Below are positions 62,170 to 64,000 of a stretch of DNA of 64,000 nucleotides, piece after piece. The notes below the pieces were generated by a model that was not told the DNA's origin, made no database searches, and saw nothing but the letters and a program-made list of their open reading frames with translations. How positions within the stretch are numbered: position 1 is the stretch's first letter; each line of letters starts with the position of its first letter. A program made the position numbers and the translations under genes. Source of the stretch: Octopus sinensis. Its lineage: Eukaryota. The stretch covers positions 13,950,001 to 14,014,000 of the forward strand of contig NC_042999.1 in NCBI RefSeq assembly GCF_006345805.1, written 5' to 3'.

Positions 62170-63925
62170 GCTAATGCTTCTGCCAGCTTGCCACCTTAAT
62201 AATCATTTCCACTATAGGAACAAGGCCTGCAATTTTGGAGAATGGGCTAACGTTTCTGCCAGCTCGACGCCTTAATACATAGGTATAGTCTTTTCTTTTC
62301 TACTCTAGGCACAAGGCCTGAAGTTTTTGGGAGAGGGGGCCAGTCGATTAGATTGACCCCAGTACACAACTGGCACTTAATTTATTGACCCTGAAAGATG
62401 AAAAGTAAAGTCGACCTCTGCGGAATTTGAACTCAGAATGTAGAGACAGGCGAAATATTATAACTTATGATATTCTTTTCTACTCCTCAAAATTTTTGGG
62501 GAGGGGCTCAGTCGATTAGATTGACCCCAGTACACAACTTGTACTTAATTTATTGACCCTGAAAGGATGAAAAGCAAAGTCGACCGCAGCGGGATTTGAA
62601 CTCAGAATGTAGAGACAGGTGAAATATTATAACTTATGATATTCTTTTCTACTCCCCGAAATTTTGGGGGAGGGGGCCAGTCGATTAGATTGACCCCAGT
62701 ACACAACTGGTACTTAATTTATTGACCCTGAAAGGATGAAAAGCAAAGTTGACCTCAGCAGAATTTGAACTCAGAATGTAGAGACAGGTGAAATATTATA
62801 ACTTATGATATTCTTTTCTACTCCCCGAAATTTTTGGGGAGGAGGCCAGTCGATTAGATTGACCCCAGTACACAACTGGTACTTAATTTATCTGCCCTGA
62901 AAGGATGACAGGCAAAGTTGACCTCAGCAGAATTTGAACTCAGAATGTAGAGACAGGCGAAATATTATAACTTATGATATTCTTTTCTACTCCCCAAAAT
63001 TTTTGGGGAGGGGCCAGTCTATTAAATTGACTCCAGTACACAACTGGTACTTAATTTATTGACCCTGAAAGGATAAAAGGCAAAGTCGACCTCAGCAGAA
63101 TTTGAACTCAGAATGTAGAGACAGGTGAAATATTATAACTTATGATATTCTTTTCTACTCCCCGAAATTTTTGGGGAGGGGGGGGGGCAGTCGATTAGAT
63201 CAACCCCAGTACACAACTGGTACTTAATTTATTGACCCAGAAAGGATGAAAAGCAAAGTCGACTTCAGCAGAATTTGAACTCAGAACGTAGAGACAGGTG
63301 AAATATTATAACTTATGATATTCTTTTCTACTCCCCGAAATTTTTGGGGAGGAGGCCAGTCGATTAGATCGACCCTAGTACACAACTGGTACTTAATTTA
63401 TTGAACCTGAAAGGATGAAAGGCAAAGTCGACCTGAGTGGAATTTGAACTCAGAATGTAAAGACAGGCGAAATATTATAACTTATGATATTCTTTTCTAC
63501 TCCCCGAAATTTTTGGGGAAGGGGCCAGTCGATTAGATTGATCCCAGTATACAACTGGTACTTAATTTATTGACCCTGAAAGGATGAAAAGTAAAGTCGA
63601 CCTCAGCAGAATTTGAACTCAGAACGTAGAAACAGGCGAAATATTATAACTTATGATATTCTCAGAATGTAGAGATAGGCGAAATGTTAACTTATGATAT
63701 TCTTTTCTACTCTCCGAAATTTTCGGAGAGGGGCTAGTATACAATTGGTACTTAATTTATTGACCCTGAAAGGATGAAAAGTAAAGTCGACCTCAGTGGA
63801 ATTTGAACTCAGAACGTAGAGACAGGTGAAATATTATAACTTATGATATTCTTTTCTACTCCCAGAAATTTTTGGGGAAGGGGTCCAGTCGATTAGATTG
63901 ACCCCAGTACACAACTGGTACTTAA
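62170..63925 (-). repeat. SINE-B-derived tandem array, about nine ~170-bp headless bodies
   Basis: gaaatattataacttatg at about 62452, 62621, 62790, 62959, 63127, 63300, 63469, 63639, 63827. Confidence 0.93.
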
Positions 63926-64000
63926 TTTCGTCTGCGGTTATGTTGTGAGTTCAAATTCCGCCGAGGTCGACTTTGCCTTTCATCCTTTCGGGGTCGATTA
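63925..64000 (+). mobile_element. Headless SINE-B body in the opposite orientation, running off the window
   Basis: atttcgtctgcggtta...gagttcaaattccgccgaggtcgactttgcc. Confidence 0.85.

Overview
Repeat-saturated, AT-rich eukaryotic (metazoan) non-coding DNA. The repeat families and microsatellite load resemble an octopus/coleoid cephalopod genome; this is inference from recalled families, not a database match. No recognisable host gene is present, only a few candidate micro-exons (best: 26623-26671 +), so the window is probably intronic or intergenic. Nearly all ORFs in the track are translations of microsatellites. Real coding remnants are transposon-derived: RTE-clade LINE 3' ends (10.05-11.8 kb; 46.0-46.6 and 47.2-47.7 kb), CR1-like LINEs (32.3, 35.7, 37.9 kb), a Penelope-like RT plus GIY-YIG element (30.4-32 kb), mariner fragments (40.6-41.4, 49.8 kb) and several restriction-like-endonuclease (R4/Dong-type) non-LTR elements, including a 2.1 kb RT-CCHC-REL copy at 57.45-59.55 kb. 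At least four tRNA-derived SINE families, MITEs, a 2.35 kb 8/16/24-bp minisatellite and several microsatellite-bounded tandem duplications fill the rest. Most unusual structures: (i) head+(body)n SINE multimers at three loci sharing one breakpoint, (ii) TA-embedded fold-back elements with a shared motif, one with a spacer matching nearby DNA, (iii) decayed or non-canonical minimal hammerhead-ribozyme motifs, (iv) a repeat-built cluster of STAT/NF-kB-like sites. Coordinates of degenerate repeats are approximate; family names SINE-A/B/D/V and X are working labels.
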